Positions 37,345 through 51,599 are shown, counted from the first letter of the stretch. The stretch: DNA of 64,000 nucleotides from Octopus sinensis (GCF_006345805.1 NC_042997.1:17794001-17858000); one strand, 5' to 3'. Notes: a model not told the origin generated them from the sequence alone. Program-made: numbers and translations.

Positions 37345-37922
37345 GGTCAATGCCAGTGTTGCATGTCTGGCCCTTTTAAGAGTACCCCTGATGCATCGTG
37401 CGATATGATATGCTTGAGAAGACCTGCTGAGTCAAGTAAAACCAAAATCATAGCTGTGTCCAGTGTCCCCTGACTGGCTTCTGTTCTGGTGGCACCATCC
37501 AAATGTGGCCGATGCCAGCACTGCCTAATTGTCTCTCATGACAGTGGCATGTAAAAAGCACCATTTGAACATGATTGATGCCAAGCCCGCCTGACTGGGC
37601 CCCATGCCTGTGGCATGTAAAAGGTACCATCTGAACGTGGGCGATGTCAGTAGCCCCTGACTGGCCCCTGTGCCTGGTGGCATGTGAAAAGCATTATCTG
37701 AACATGATCGATGTCAGGCTTACCTGACTGGTTCTTGTGCCAGTGGCATTTAAAAAGCACTCACTACACTCTTGGAGTGGTTGGTGTTAGGAAGGGCATC
37801 CAGCTGTAGAAACATTGCCAGATCAGATTGGAGCCTGGTGCAGTTGCTGGCTCTCCAGACATCAGACAAACTGTCCAACCCATGCCAGCGTGGAAAACGG
37901 ACGTTAAACTATGATGATGATG
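37345..37922 (+). mobile_element. Long SINE family B copy with internal 66-67 bp array
   Basis: gtggcat.taaaaagcac units at 37544, 37610, 37677 and 37743, then the standard body and (ATG)n tail. Confidence 0.8.
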
Positions 37923-39098
37923 ACACCTTTAGTCTTTATGCTCTCCAGTGAGGCTGACTGTTCATCATTGCATTAAGCTGTTACTGAAAAATAAAAGTGA
38001 CATAAAAATCATCGCATTTAGACTGAACACATCATTTAACATCTGTTTTCCATGCTTCTATGGGCTGGATGGCTTGACAAAAGCTGGCAAGGCCAGGGGC
38101 TGCACTGGGTTCCACAGTCTGTTTTGGTTAGGTTTCTATATTTGGATGCCCTTCCTAATGCTAACCATTTTACAGAGTGTACTGGGTAATTTTAAGTACT
38201 GGTGCCATGATGATGATGATGATATAATGAAAAACATGAAGTTCTTTGAAAGAAAATTTTAATATTTTTTATAATGAAAGAAAGAATTCAAAAATAAAAG
38301 GTTAACAAGTTTGGTTCTCACTTTAAAATTTCTTTTATAGACTGATGTCTTGCAGCTAAACTTTTTGAAAGACTTCAGTTTAATTTATTGATTACAAGTT
38401 AAGCCAAGCATTAATGTAATTTCTTATTTACATCCATTTTCTGAGATTCTGAAAATATTTTTATTGGCCTAAATTGCATGGAAAATGTTTTATAGCAGGA
38501 TCATTTCCCTAAAAGTAGTAACATAGCAATAATAAATTTGTATGTCTGGAGAAGAAGTGATTGATGATGTTTTTGGCTGAGCCCTTTCTCCAAACAAATG
38601 TAGAAAAAGTGTGCTTGTAAGTAAACTGTAAATCAGTAATTTCAGAAAACATTTCACAGTATAGAAAATAATTTTATGTTAAAAATATTTATTAACAGTT
38701 TTTTGGTGACATTAATTTTTTGCAAATCTAGTTTGCTTCATCATCTTGAAATATAAACAACCATTAACTGAAAAGTGTTATGTATTTTCCATTAGATTTA
38801 TGGGAAAAAGATGCTCTTTTATTTTTTTACTAGTTCCACTCATTCAACTGTGGCCATACTGGGGCACCACATTGGAAAGTTTGTTGAGCAAATTCATTTA
38901 TTACTTTTTATTCTTTTTAAGTCTAGTAGTTATTATATCAGAATATTTTTTGCTGAAATGCTAGGTTATGGGAAACGTAAACAACTAGCACAGCTGTGTG
39001 GGGACTAACATAAAGATACACACACAGATATATATATGATAGGCTTCCATACAGTTTCCATCAAACTAATTCTCAATACATTGGTTGGTCTGAGACTA

Positions 39099-40333
39099 CA
39101 AGAGAGTAGGCTGAAAACTTCATAGACTGACTATGAAGGAGTGATGCTAGAGTCATGAAATCTTGCATGCATTAATTTCAACTCTTCTTATTAATAACTG
39201 CATTGTTTCTTTTCAGGTAAACTGGTGTCTGACTGTACAAAGAACTCTTCAAAAGTAACTAGCAGCAATTTCTCTTGAAAATAGACAAAATCTGCCATCA
39301 TGGTACTTTCAAGTTCCTGCAGAAAAAGGGTTTAGCCCCAATTACATCCATGCTGACACGATTGCTACAATAGGGGATGACACTTCAACTTTATCAACAA
39401 TGCAAAAGTGGGGAGCTGAATTTAGGAGAGGAAGAGAGAGTCTTGAAGATGATTCAAGATATGGACATCCTGCAACCAGCATCACTTAGGAAAACGCTGA
39501 TTGTATTCACCACAAGGTGATGGATGAAAGGTGATTTACAATAAATCAAATAGCCAATGCTATTAACATATACCATGAGAGAGTTGAGAATATTCAACAC
39601 AATGAACTTGACACAATGAACGTTTCTGGTCAGGCTGATCACATCATAGGAAAATCTGACATTGTTTCAAGCAGATCATTTCCTGATCCAAGATGAGTGT
39701 TGGGTTCATCACTTTGAGCAAGAAACAAAGAGACCATCCATGCAGTGGAACCACCCATTCTCACCTACTCCAAAGAAGGCCAATGTCATTTCAGCTGCAG
39801 GGAAGGTGATGATTTAAGATTTTGGGATGCAAATGGTATTGTGTTAATTGACAATCTTCAAAAGGACCACACCATCAATAAAAAGTACTTTGCCAGCTTG
39901 TTCAGGTGGTTACAAAAGGCTTTCAAAATCAAAATGCCAGGAAAACTGATGAAGGAGGTCTTGTTTCATCAAGACAATGCTCCAGCACACAGGCCCTTGA
40001 TTTCCATGGCTGCTGTGAGTGACTGTGAATTTGAACTGGTTGATCAATCTCTCTATTTTCCAGATTTGGTAGCATCAGACTCTCATCTTTTCCTTAAAAT
40101 GCGAAAACACTTAGCCGGGCTCAAGTATGACAGTGATAATGACATCATATCTGCTGCTGATAACTTTTTTGAGCAACAGGACGAAAGGTAGGTTCTTCAT
40201 CAGTGGGATCCAAGCACTGCAACACAAATGGAAAAGATGTGTGGACAGCAATGAGGACTATGTTGAAAAATAGACTTCATTTGGTCACATTCCATGAAAG
40301 TATCTTGGTCAGCCTATGAACTTTTCACCCTCA
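39099..40333 (+). mobile_element. Near full-length decayed mariner (DD34D) transposon
   Basis: Degenerate TIRs share tgaaaa.ttcatag.ctgac at both ends with flanking TA. Transposase remnants: WGAEFRRGRESLEDD, FWDANGIVLID, FHQDNAPAH-(34 residues)-PDLVASD, QHKWKRCVD..DYVEK. Confidence 0.9.
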
Positions 40334-40613
40334 TAGTAGAGATTATTTGCCCAATGTGCTGCACGGTAGGATAGGTCGGATTTTCAGCTAGATTTCTCCG
40401 TAACTGAGACTGAACTCAAGAATTTTTGTTATATATATATACAACTTATAAACAAGGGCAAAAGAAAAAAATTCTAATGCCAAATATGCCGAAAATAGAC
40501 AAACCGCCAATAACCATATAATTTATCACTATAACCTTTAAAGGTATTTTTTAATATGCTGGCCATTGATAAAATTTTTTTTGAAACATTTTATCCTATA
40601 TTAGATACATATA

Positions 40614-41866
40614 CAGGGTGTCCCCAAAAAATGTATACACACTTTAGCAGCTGATAACTCAATTGATATTTTTTCTTTCCAGATGAAACCTATAGGATTT
40701 AATGATGGCAGTCAGATTAAGCTTTGAACAAAGAAAATTCATTCTAAAATGATACTGGAAGTGTGAAAATGCAGTTGAAGTGCAAAAACAGTTGGGGAGG
40801 GAGTTTCAAACAGATCCACCAATGCAACTCCCCATCACTTGAATTAGAGATAAGTTTGAAGCTGATGGAACTGTTCAGAATGTCCACGATAAGCATTCCA
40901 GAAGACCCCGAACATCAACAACCCCAACAAAGCAAGGAGTACTGGAAATGAATCACCAAAGTCCAAGAAAATCTGTGCGGCAAAGCGAGTCATGGGGTAG
41001 GTATTCCAAAATCATCTGTCCAATGCATTTTGAAGCATTGTCAATGGAAAAGTTACATTCCAAGATTAGTCCATGCTATTAATGATGATGATCCAGACGA
41101 AAGAGTGCAGCATTGCGAGTGGTACTTGGAACGATGTGTAGAAGCTGCACACTTTCCAACAAAGATTGTGTGGAGTGATGAAGCCACATTCAAATTAAAT
41201 GGTTCAATTAACTGCCACAATTGCACCTACTAGGGTCCTGAGAATCTGCATGTTATGGTGAAACACCATGGTAATTTGATATTTGTGTGGTGTGGTGTGG
41301 TTTATCATCAAGAGGATTAATTGGACCATCCTTTTTATATGTTACTGTGACTGGTCCCGTTTACTTGAACTTGTTGCAACAGTCTGTTATGCCAAGCATT
41401 AGAGAAGACTTTGAAGATGAGGAGTTTTATTTTCAGCAAGATGGGGCACCCCCACACTACCATTGCTATGTTAGATCCTTCCTTGATGAGATCTTGCTAA
41501 ACAGGTGGATTGGATGAAGAGGTATGGTTGAATTCACCAGACCTCACACCACTAGACTTTTTTTTATGGGGATACCTTAAAGACAAATTCTACGCTATGA
41601 AACCTACAAGTCGCTGATTTGAGAGCAGCCATTGGATGAGAGTGCACACAAATACCAAACAAATTCTTTTGTGATATTTGTGATTCCATTCCTTTGCGTT
41701 GTCAGCAGTGCCTGGACCAGACCGGACATCAGTTTGAAAACAGGCATTGACAAAACAATAAAATAATGTCTGTAGATTCTATTAAATTTTGAAAATGAAG
41801 TGTCTTTTAATAAACAACTACTTTACAATTGTTTAAAGTGTGCATACATTTTTTGGGGACACCCTG
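40614..41866 (+). mobile_element. Full-length decayed Tc1/mariner-superfamily transposon, DD41D (rosa-like) type
   Basis: TIRs CAGGGTGTCCCCAAAAAATGTATACACACTTTA and its near-exact reverse complement, with TA on the left. Motifs: [56 protein letters not shown]. Restoring the deleted WPPR gives 41 residues between the last two D. Confidence 0.9.
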
Positions 41867-41883
41867 TGTATATATATATATAT

Positions 41884-42264
41884 ACTCTCTCTTTTACTCT
41901 TTTACTTGTTTCAGTCATTTGACTGCGGCCATGCTGGAGCACCGCCTGGGACTTATTCTTTGTAAGACAAGTACTTATTCTATCGGTCTCTTTTGCCGAA
42001 CTGCCAAGTGATGGGGACATAAACACACCAGCATCGCTTGTCAAGCAATGCTAGAGGGACAAACACAGACACACAAACATATACACACACATACATATAT
42101 ACGACAGGCTTCTTTCAGTTTCCGTCTACCAAATCCACTCACAAGGCTTTGGTCGGCCCGAGGCTATAGCAGAAGACACTTGCCCAAGATGCCACGCAGT
42201 GGGACTGAACCCGAAACCATGTGGTTGGTTAGCAAGCTACTTACCACACAGCCACTCCTGCGCC
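41884..42264 (-). mobile_element. Young full-length SINE family A
   Basis: The reverse complement starts ggcgcaggagtggctgtgtggtaagtagc and retains many CpGs. It is flanked by (TA)n on both sides. Confidence 0.9.
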
Positions 42265-43136
42265 TATATATATATATATATATAAATGTTAGTTCATACC
42301 AAGTCCTTCTAGGTGTAAGTAATCTATAAATGATGTGTTAGGTATAAATATTCAGAGTGAAAATGTATGATGGGATGGTTATAGCAGAAACTCTCATATC
42401 ATAACTCTGCTGAATAGATTGGAACTGGCCTGCAATTAAATAATAAACAACAACATCAAGATCCAAAGGTCCAATAACCAAAATAAATATATAAATAAAT
42501 AAAAGAAATAAAACATGTCAATATATCAACATGCTTCCCTCTATACTTATTTGATACAGTTAATATTTTATACAGATTTCTCTCTCTTGTGTAGATATGT
42601 CCATCAGTGTATACTTAGCAATACTTGTAAGTTTCAGTAATTCCTAAGTATACATAATACCCTCATTCATATTCCTGAGAGCACAAGCTATTGCCAATTA
42701 TCAAAACCCCCACCTATTTCTACAGAATCTTCATCATGGTTTGATCTGCTATATATCTGTTTTAGTGCAAACTTTTGCCATTTCTTCAATAGTCTTATCT
42801 AAAGTCATGACATAATGTCACACTACCATATCGAAAACCTCGATTCTTTTTTCTTGTTTTCCTTTAGCAGTTTTTCCTCTTTAATCATGATTTTTTTGAT
42901 CTGCATTTTTTCTCTTGATTTGCATTTTTTCTCTTTGCTACTGTATATTCTAGCTGCATTCTCTATTTTCCTCTTGGTCATAAACTGTATGCATACATTT
43001 AACTTTCCATGATTTCAAACTATTTCCAAAGTGTCTGCTTGATATATATCAGTATTTATACTGGACTACATAAGTGAATGTTTTCACAGTTTGCGTCTTA
43101 TGTGAGTGAGATAGAGAGAAAGCAAGGGAAACAGTG

Positions 43137-43139
<3 letters not shown>

Positions 43140-43188
<49 letters not shown>

Positions 43189-43344
43189 TCAATAGGAGAA
43201 GAAGTGACAAGAGGTGGATTTGTACCTGTAGAGTGCATAACTTGATGAGTATATGTTTGTACATCTATATATATTGTAAATACACATACACACATGTATG
43301 CACATGCACACACGCAAATACTCATAAATATATATTGATATATG

Positions 43345-43395
<51 letters not shown>

Positions 43396-43538
43396 ATATA
43401 TACTTATATGTATATGTATGTATATATATATATATATATATGTATATTGATATATAAATATATATTGATACACTCACATATGTCCATACATTAGCAAACA
43501 ATATATATGAATGTATCAGTGTATAAGTATTATGTAAG

Positions 43539-43577
<39 letters not shown>

Positions 43578-43620
43578 TTATATGTATGTGTATACACACA
43601 CACATATGTGTATACATATA
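43140..43620. repeat. Compound (GA)n/(TA)n/(TG)n microsatellite block
   Basis: Read directly from the sequence. Confidence 0.9.
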
Positions 43621-43833
43621 TACATATATCTGTATATCTTCATGCATATATGCATGATGCACATGGTCCCATGTATATATGCAGTTATATAATTTCAAAC
43701 ACTACACTCATACACATGTATAAACACATGCAAGCAAGAATGTACATGAACACATTTTCATTCATAGGTGATAGATGCTCTCTCTCTCTTTCTCTCTCAC
43801 TCTCTCCTTCACTTTCTTTCTCTCCCTCTCCTC

Positions 43834-43868
<35 letters not shown>

Positions 43869-43967
43869 TGTATCATATACACAAGTGTATTTATAAGTTC
43901 ATGCAAATGCATGTGCATATTTGAATGAACTTATAAAGACAGAAAGGAAACTGATAGTTTTATATAA

Positions 43968-44006
<39 letters not shown>

Positions 44007-47000
44007 AGTGCACACCTCTGAGATAAAATGTTAACTTTAGTTAGCTGTGATTGATTTGAATAAACACTGATAACTCCTGGTAGAATGTTCTACCATATCT
44101 GCAGGAATAGCTGAAATGAATGCAGGTCACTCACTCCTTATCGCACTGAATATTTGCATCTGATGAACAAAGATTTCTCTCAATGCAATGACAAAAAAGA
44201 AAAAAAAAAAAAGAAAAGAAATGGAAAAGGAAAAGGAAAATACACCAACAATAAAAACAACAAAACAAAGACAGGAAAGAGTTAAATAGATTTGGGTATT
44301 ATAGTATACAATGTCAGCAGCTGAAATCAGCTGAGTGGAGCAAAGATATAGAGGACTTGTTAAAAAGATAGTGGGAGATTTGGCCAAGTGATGGACATGT
44401 TTATTAATCATTCATGCCAGTAGAATAGATTTGGGATGAATTCAAAATATTTTTCTTCAATGTTATCTTTAACCTCTATTCTGACAGTTAACTACTTTGT
44501 CTTTTCTTTCTTACTCACTCTTATTTCTATCTCTCTTTCATTCTCTCATTCACTCATTCACTCTCTCTTTTCAGTACATGCTATCCTCATACGATCCAGT
44601 GATTTCATTTCTCTTCTGCTGTGTTCCAAACTTCTATTTTAATCAGTTCTTCTTCAGATTTCACCTGGTCTACTTTTCTTCAGAACAGTTAAACTTCCCT
44701 CAGGAGTAGAAAACCACACATCGACTTTCAGAATAACAAATGTCCCCAGAAACTGGATGAAAACTTCTTATTTGCAACTTTTAGATGTTGCTTTCATTGC
44801 TATAGAATTTATTTTGTTTTTATTATTATGGCTGCTGCCATTATTTTGTTGATAAGTTTCTTTTTTATCAATCTTCTGATTCATTTCCCTTTCTCTGCTT
44901 CCTTATCACAACACATTTCATTCCTACCACTCTATTCTTATGTTGCAATTTGCAAGATTGCATCTCACTTGATTTTGTATTTGGTTTTTGTTTAACACTA
45001 TGAAGAAAGAAGGGTGGGAAGATATTTGAATAAATAAGAAATAATTTCAAGTTTATTTATATACAAATGTTTTTGTTTTCCTCTGTTCATGTGATGAGAC
45101 CAAATTAACTGCACCATGGTAGAGTGATTGTAAGCCTTTGAAAGCATACACATTCCCTTTTAGGTTATTGATAGTTTGTAATAATATTATGCAATATTAA
45201 ATAGCAATATTATTAAGTGAAAATACTAATACACAAATTTGTAACACAATCACTACACACAAAAATATCACATCTCATCCCAATAAAAATATGACAAGCA
45301 ATCAACTAGATTCCTCAAGATCACTCTAAATGCTAGGCTTCACTTTCAGTTAGGGTCTCTATTGTGTACATCTTTAACATTGTAAAGGTTAGCCTTTTAC
45401 TTTAAATGTAGCCTTTCTTTTCAAAACCAGAAAATATTTCAGCCCTCGACAACTACTAAACCTCAGGTGAAACCTACAATGGAGTTCTGATTGGTTGGTA
45501 TTGCTGGGTTGGCACTGCTGCTGTTATACACAGAAATATCCCAGTGAACATCAAGAGAAAGGCCACTTGACTGATTGGCATTAAGTCACTTACAGATATG
45601 TATCCAGCCTTTGGCCCACAGATGTGTTGTCTCCTTCCTTTGTCTTTATTTCTGATACTACCATGGCCTCTGATTTTTGGAGCTAGCTAGTCTCATACCA
45701 TCTCTATTTAAGCACTTGTGACTCCCACGTCGCTCTTCCTCTCATTACACTGGTTATACTCAAGTACCCAGGATTTGCAGTAATCACAACATCCAGTCAT
45801 TGTCTCTCAGGAATCCTCAATCTGTGCCGTGTATTTTCTGCAGTCATTGACTTACAACAGTTTAAGTGAAACATTAATGGCATCAATCTTACTGGTCTTG
45901 GAGTGGCTAAGAGGACTATGGGTGTAGCCTCTTTCTCAAGATCAATTTTAACAATAATTACTTCAGGGATGTAAATATAAGAAAGTACAGTGTCTTTTAC
46001 TAAGCTGTAGACAAATTTGATAAACAACATAATAAAATAAAACAGCAAAAGTGAATATATAAGTATATGCATTTTAAATAGGTATAGTGATTGTAACCTG
46101 ATGACAATGTTTCAGTAAAATAGAAAGTTCTATGTTGTTAACACTTTTCTTTTACTTTTATTATACTAACATTCATCACCATTATCATTTAACACCTGCT
46201 TTTCATGCCGGCATGGGTAGGAAGGTTTGATAGGGAACTGGTGAGCTTCAGAGCTGTGACTGAGCTCCAGTGTCATCTTTAGCATGATTTCTCTAGCTAG
46301 GTGCTATTCCTAATGCCAACCACTTTACAGAATATAGTCGGTGCTTTTTATATGCTATTGGCACAGGTGAGGCTGCCATGTAAACTGTAAGACAGAAAAG
46401 AACAGAGGAGGAAAAGAAAAGGGAGGAAAACATTATCTTCAATTGATAATATCATGTTTTATAGATATGATTATTTCAGTTAATTACACATCAGGTGTCA
46501 TTGTTTACCATTAAAGTCATTTTCATCCTTTAAGTAGATTCATATTTTAGTCATATTTAAAGTCATATTTTAGTGTTTTTGCTTGAAGACCAACCATCTT
46601 GTTTAGTTTAATGCAGTGAATTCCACTAAAGGCCTAGATGGGGTGGCATAACTGCATTTCACTGTGTTGGAGAAATTCAAACTAAATATCCAGTTCTATC
46701 TCTGTTCATATTTTCCCCTGCAACTGATCTGCTGATCTTCACTTTGGATATGGACCACATCAAACTCATCAATCTGTGAGGACATCATCATCATACAAGT
46801 GGTGTTGTTTGTTTCTAGTCTTCCATGAAAAACATGTCAAGCTAGGGAGAAATATTATCTTGCTAGGAAACAGGTGAAGGTTGGTGACAGAAAGAATATC
46901 CTGCCATAGAAAATCTGCCTCATCAAATTCTGTCTAACCCATGCGAGCATGGAAAACAGGACATTAAATGGTAACAATGATGATGCCGATAATGATGATG

Positions 47001-47753
47001 ATGATGATGATGATGATGATGCCGATGATGATGATGATGATGATGATAATATACAGTTTATAAACAATAAATTAATTTTGTGCACAACCTAATACAATTT
47101 ATATAATACAATTTATAAATACAATTATCCTTGTTCTGTATGTGGCCTGTACATCTACATGGTGTGAATAAAATAAAATGTAAACAGTTATCATAGCCCT
47201 TCCTTAACCCTACATTACTTAAAAAACAATTCTTTTGTATATCTTCTGGAAAAAAATGTTGTTTAAACTTTGTTTTCATGTCACATCCTAACTATTTCAC
47301 ACGTTCCTTTCACTCTTCATAGTGGTATGAACACAAAAACATCTTTGGATTAAACATTCCTTTCAAATTATGAACATCAAATTAAAAAACATACTTGCTT
47401 TATTAACCAGTCATATAGTATTTCTTGTTTTAAGAAATAAGCAGAGCCCTGACTGCATGGTTAAAAAGTTTGCCTTGCACATATGTGGTGTTTGGATCCA
47501 CTGATGAGGTATTTGTTGGATCATGGCTATTTTAGAAGACACTTGTCTAAGAAACTGTATGGTAGAACTGAACCCAAAGCAGAACTTCTTAACCACAAAA
47601 CTATGCCTATACTTAAAACAAAATGTAAACAAGAGGGAAGGTAATGCAATGCAAAAGAATGAAAAGCAAGTATTCTGGATGATTCCACCAATTATTAATT
47701 TTTTTCTTCTTGCCATCTCTAGACATTGCTTTAAAAATGTTACACACACGTAT

Positions 47754-47792
<39 letters not shown>

Positions 47793-49479
47793 TGCCTTTT
47801 GGATAGTTTTAAAGTTGGAAACTTTATTTCTAATATACAGTTTTACCTGAAGACTATTGGATAATAGATTTATTAAAATTTTCTATCAATGGATGTGCAG
47901 GAAATGAAATCCACAGTCTTCAAAAACTAGACTATCCACCCATTCTCCTATTTACTTTTTTTTTTGCTGTTGTTCCACCTTAATATAATCTTTATAAAAT
48001 TTCTCTTAAAAGTGAAATCTTTAAAAATCAAAATATTTCCTTATTTCATTGAATACATTTTGCTCCAAGCTTCTATTAGTTAGATTGTCCTTTTTACTTA
48101 TAAAGAAAAAAAATTTCTTTTGTGGATTATAAAAAGTTACAATATAATTTTATATTTCTGAATATATGTACTTGAGTATGGTTTTTTAGAATTGATTCAG
48201 ACAATTGTTAACTTACAACACTTTTTTAAAATGTACTCAGTTCTCAATGACACAACAGTGCTAACTAATTCTAATTTAGTGTGATTGATTTAATTGTGCA
48301 ATTGGTATTACAGTTCATGTAGTATCAAATAGAGATTCTGTATACAACACATCAAAACATTTCCTATTATAATGTTATGTATTATGTTTTGTCCAAACTA
48401 TGGCAAGTCTTCTTTTCTGATTACTTTCCACCATCCTCAGGGAGCCTCTATGTAGTTGCTCAACACACTAGAAACAGCAGGCTTATCTCCTTAAATTCGT
48501 ATCTTCTGATCTTGATAAAGTGAAGGCCATATTGAATAATGTATTGCTAAATACATCTTGCTGAAAGGAAGAGAAACTGAGGAAGATAGAGAGAGAAGAT
48601 ACCAGACCATTCAGAAAGACTCATTCAATACCATGTTAAGTTGTATATGGGATAGAAGTGGAGGAGGTCATGCCACATGAAGAAAGAGAGAAAGAGAATG
48701 AATGAGAGAGAGAATGTGGTGGTGGGAGATATCCTAAAAGCATAGGATAGTCCTGGATGGAATGTCTTTGATCAAAAGTATTTTAGGTCAGGGCTGCCCT
48801 GGGACTTCAGAACAGCCTCAATATAAGAGTTCATTTTGATTCTATTGATTTTACAAAAATTATTTCAGAAAAATAATTCTTTTTGATTTATACAATTTGC
48901 TTCTCTCCTTATTGAGAAAAAAATTAATAACTCCCATGTGTAATTAGTTTAATGTAGACTTTGAATAGCTTCAGTCATATTTTTCCCTAAAAGCAGTCAC
49001 CTTAAGAAATGTTCTTATTGAAGTTCTAGCAATAGATGTCATATTTTATTGTGGACGAATTGTCCTGAGAGTTTATTCTTTAAATATATCAATCTCTATT
49101 TTAGCTACCATTGTGTGTTTGTCTCAAAAATTTTACCTCTTATTCTGAGCAAGTTACATAGATATATAAAATTATAATGCAGAAACAGTTGCTTTCTCTT
49201 TCTACTTATTCATTAGTCAATGTGTCAAAACTCTCTCAAGCTGAGTTGTTAGCTTAATTAACTTGTAGTAACTAGCAGTTTTTTGACAATCAAAGTGACT
49301 AGTTCATATTTAACCCAACTGCTATGTTTGTATCCAGAAATGAGACATTTGATGAAGATAGGAGATTATGCCAACCAAAAAGGTGTATAGGTGTGAATAC
49401 TGAAATGGCTTAATCTGTTTAAACGAGGTTAAATGAGAGAAGTATTATATTTGTAAGGATGTGTAATAAAATAATGATT

Positions 49480-50300
49480 GCTGAGTGAAAAATTGGTACC
49501 ACTGTTTGAATTTTTGGGCAAAAGTTGTGAGAGGAGATCTTAGGATGCTAAGATTCTAAAGAAAGATGACAAACAATTGAGAGATTGACATTATATTATA
49601 TTGGATGGCAGGCTCATCTATCTAATGTTATAATATTGATAATGAATTGAAAGAAGACAATGAAATAAAAGTAGAAAGAAAGTAAGAAATAAAGAAGGAA
49701 ACAGAAGATGATGCATAAAGTTGTTTGCCCTGTGGTGTTCAATAAAGGCAATGACTTCAACCATATGACACCTCAACAGAAAATACATCCTTGAAGGGTG
49801 AAAGGGAATTAAAACTGCTCCTGTCTATACTTCTGTATGTTTGAAGCTATGGCAGTGAAAGTATATCATTTCACAAATGTGTGATGTACTCACTGCCACT
49901 ATGAAAACTCTGTCATCTGTGGTTTAAAAATATTTCAGCTATGATAGGTGACCATGACTAACTATATAGCACTTCAAAAAATGAAGCAGTCATCAGGCAC
50001 AGGTTCAAGAAACAACAACTGCTCCCACCTATATACATCTTCTATATACCTGAAACTATGGAAATGGCAGTATTTCATTTTTGCAGATCAGTAAGACACT
50101 TCAACCTCCACAGCAAGACTGACTTTTAGTTGGTGGCTTATCATTTATGAAATAGTCTTATTTTCTTGATGCAGATGCTAAAAGGTGCTAGGTTTTTATA
50201 AAGTGTGAAGCACATCAGACTTACTTTCTCATTCTCTCACAATTCAGCCAGTTACTAGATAACATCAAAACAACTGAGTTTGTATGATGATGCAGGTAAT
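49480..50300 (+). mobile_element. Very old RTE-like LINE reverse transcriptase remnant
   Basis: Scattered motifs only: LF....DAKI.KKDDK and NIKTTEFV (compare INIKKTEVM). Many stops. Confidence 0.3.
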
Positions 50301-51188
50301 AGCAAAAGTGGCTGAGGTTGTCTCCAGACCTTGCGCTACCATCTAACTTGGTGTATATCTGAGCCATAAAATACCATTTCAGATGTTTGATTAGCATCAT
50401 GGCTTCTTACCCAGTACAATATGTTACTGCCTGCATCTAATGTTTCTCCATTAACCAGCTACTGCCAGATTTGAAGCTGTGGAGACGGAGGCTACTTATT
50501 TGTTTCATACCTCATTTGAAGGAAATGAAAACATGACACTCAACATACACATATTTAGTGTGTGTATATACCCACATAACAGGATGTCTACTGACTCACC
50601 AGTGTTCATCTACTCTCTGACAGGTCTTGTTTCTTCATTCTAAGCATGTTCAGCATCACACTCCTTCTCAAAGATCCATCAATGTCCACTCTCTGTGTGG
50701 GCAAGAGTTGGACAGTTTGATAGAATCTAACAAGTTGGAGGCCTGCATAGTGCTCCAGTGTCTGTTTTAGCATGGTTTCTTTTTCCTAGCACAAAATGTA
50801 CAGAGGTTACCTCCCAACTTGCAAGACTAAAGAATCTAAAGAGGTTTCAATAACTGAAAGAGAATAGGAAAGAAAAGGAAACATAGTGATAACTAGTTAG
50901 ACAGATTAGATAGAGAGACAAATTATGTGATAAATTCAGGTAAGGTGATGAGAAAAAGTAAAGCATAATGATTGGAATAGATTTACAGTTGTGAGAGAAT
51001 GATAATGGAGTGGAGAGAAAAACAGTACAGATGCTATTGGGGGAGGGAGGGGAGATGGAATGAATTAGTGTTAGGGGTTAGGGAAAAAAGAGAGGGACAA
51101 ATTGGTGTGAGAGATAAGGTGAATTGAGTAGGAGGAATCAAGGACTACCCTACATATGGGTGGAAAGAGACATGAGAAACAGAAAATA

Positions 51189-51375
51189 TAAGGTGGTATC
51201 AAAAAGTTCCCAGACTAGTTCTGTAACATGCAACTCAAAGGTCACCATTTTAATACTGTTGTCGAGATCCAAAGTGCATCACAGTAGGTCCTCTACTCAC
51301 TTACGGAAAATGACTTACAGGCCAGATTCCAAAAATGGCAGGAACACTTGGACTGGCATATTGCTGTGTAAGGTG
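51189..51375 (+). mobile_element. Internally deleted mariner related to 18054-18480
   Basis: ggtggtatcaaaaagttcccagactagt TIR joined within about 40 bp to KGHHFNTVVEIQSASQ*VLYSLTENDLQARFQKWQEHLDWHIAV. Confidence 0.7.
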
Positions 51376-51599
51376 GTACAGGTAAGTAAGGTGGTGGTAG
51401 GTCTGAAGGGGAGAGATGAGAGGGTTTTAAGGTGGTAGAAATGCTATGAGAAGCTTATGTGTGTCCCATTGTTCATACATACTAACATTACACATGCTGG
51501 CTCCATTTTATTTTTGTTGTCTTTGTACATCCTATGCATTCAGTAGCCATGATTTTGCTATCATGTAATATTACATTTTGTACACCAAATCATACGATG

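Noticed and set aside
37544-37770. Repeat-spacer-like periodicity resembling a CRISPR array (also 7896-8040)
   Set aside because: The repeats are imperfect, the intervening parts are homologous to each other, the array lies inside a eukaryotic SINE, and no cas genes are present.
44610-44660. Minus-strand peptide IKIEVWNTAEEK resembling the Rab WDTAGQE motif
   Set aside because: Flanked by stops, key G and D residues are absent, and there are no other GTPase motifs.
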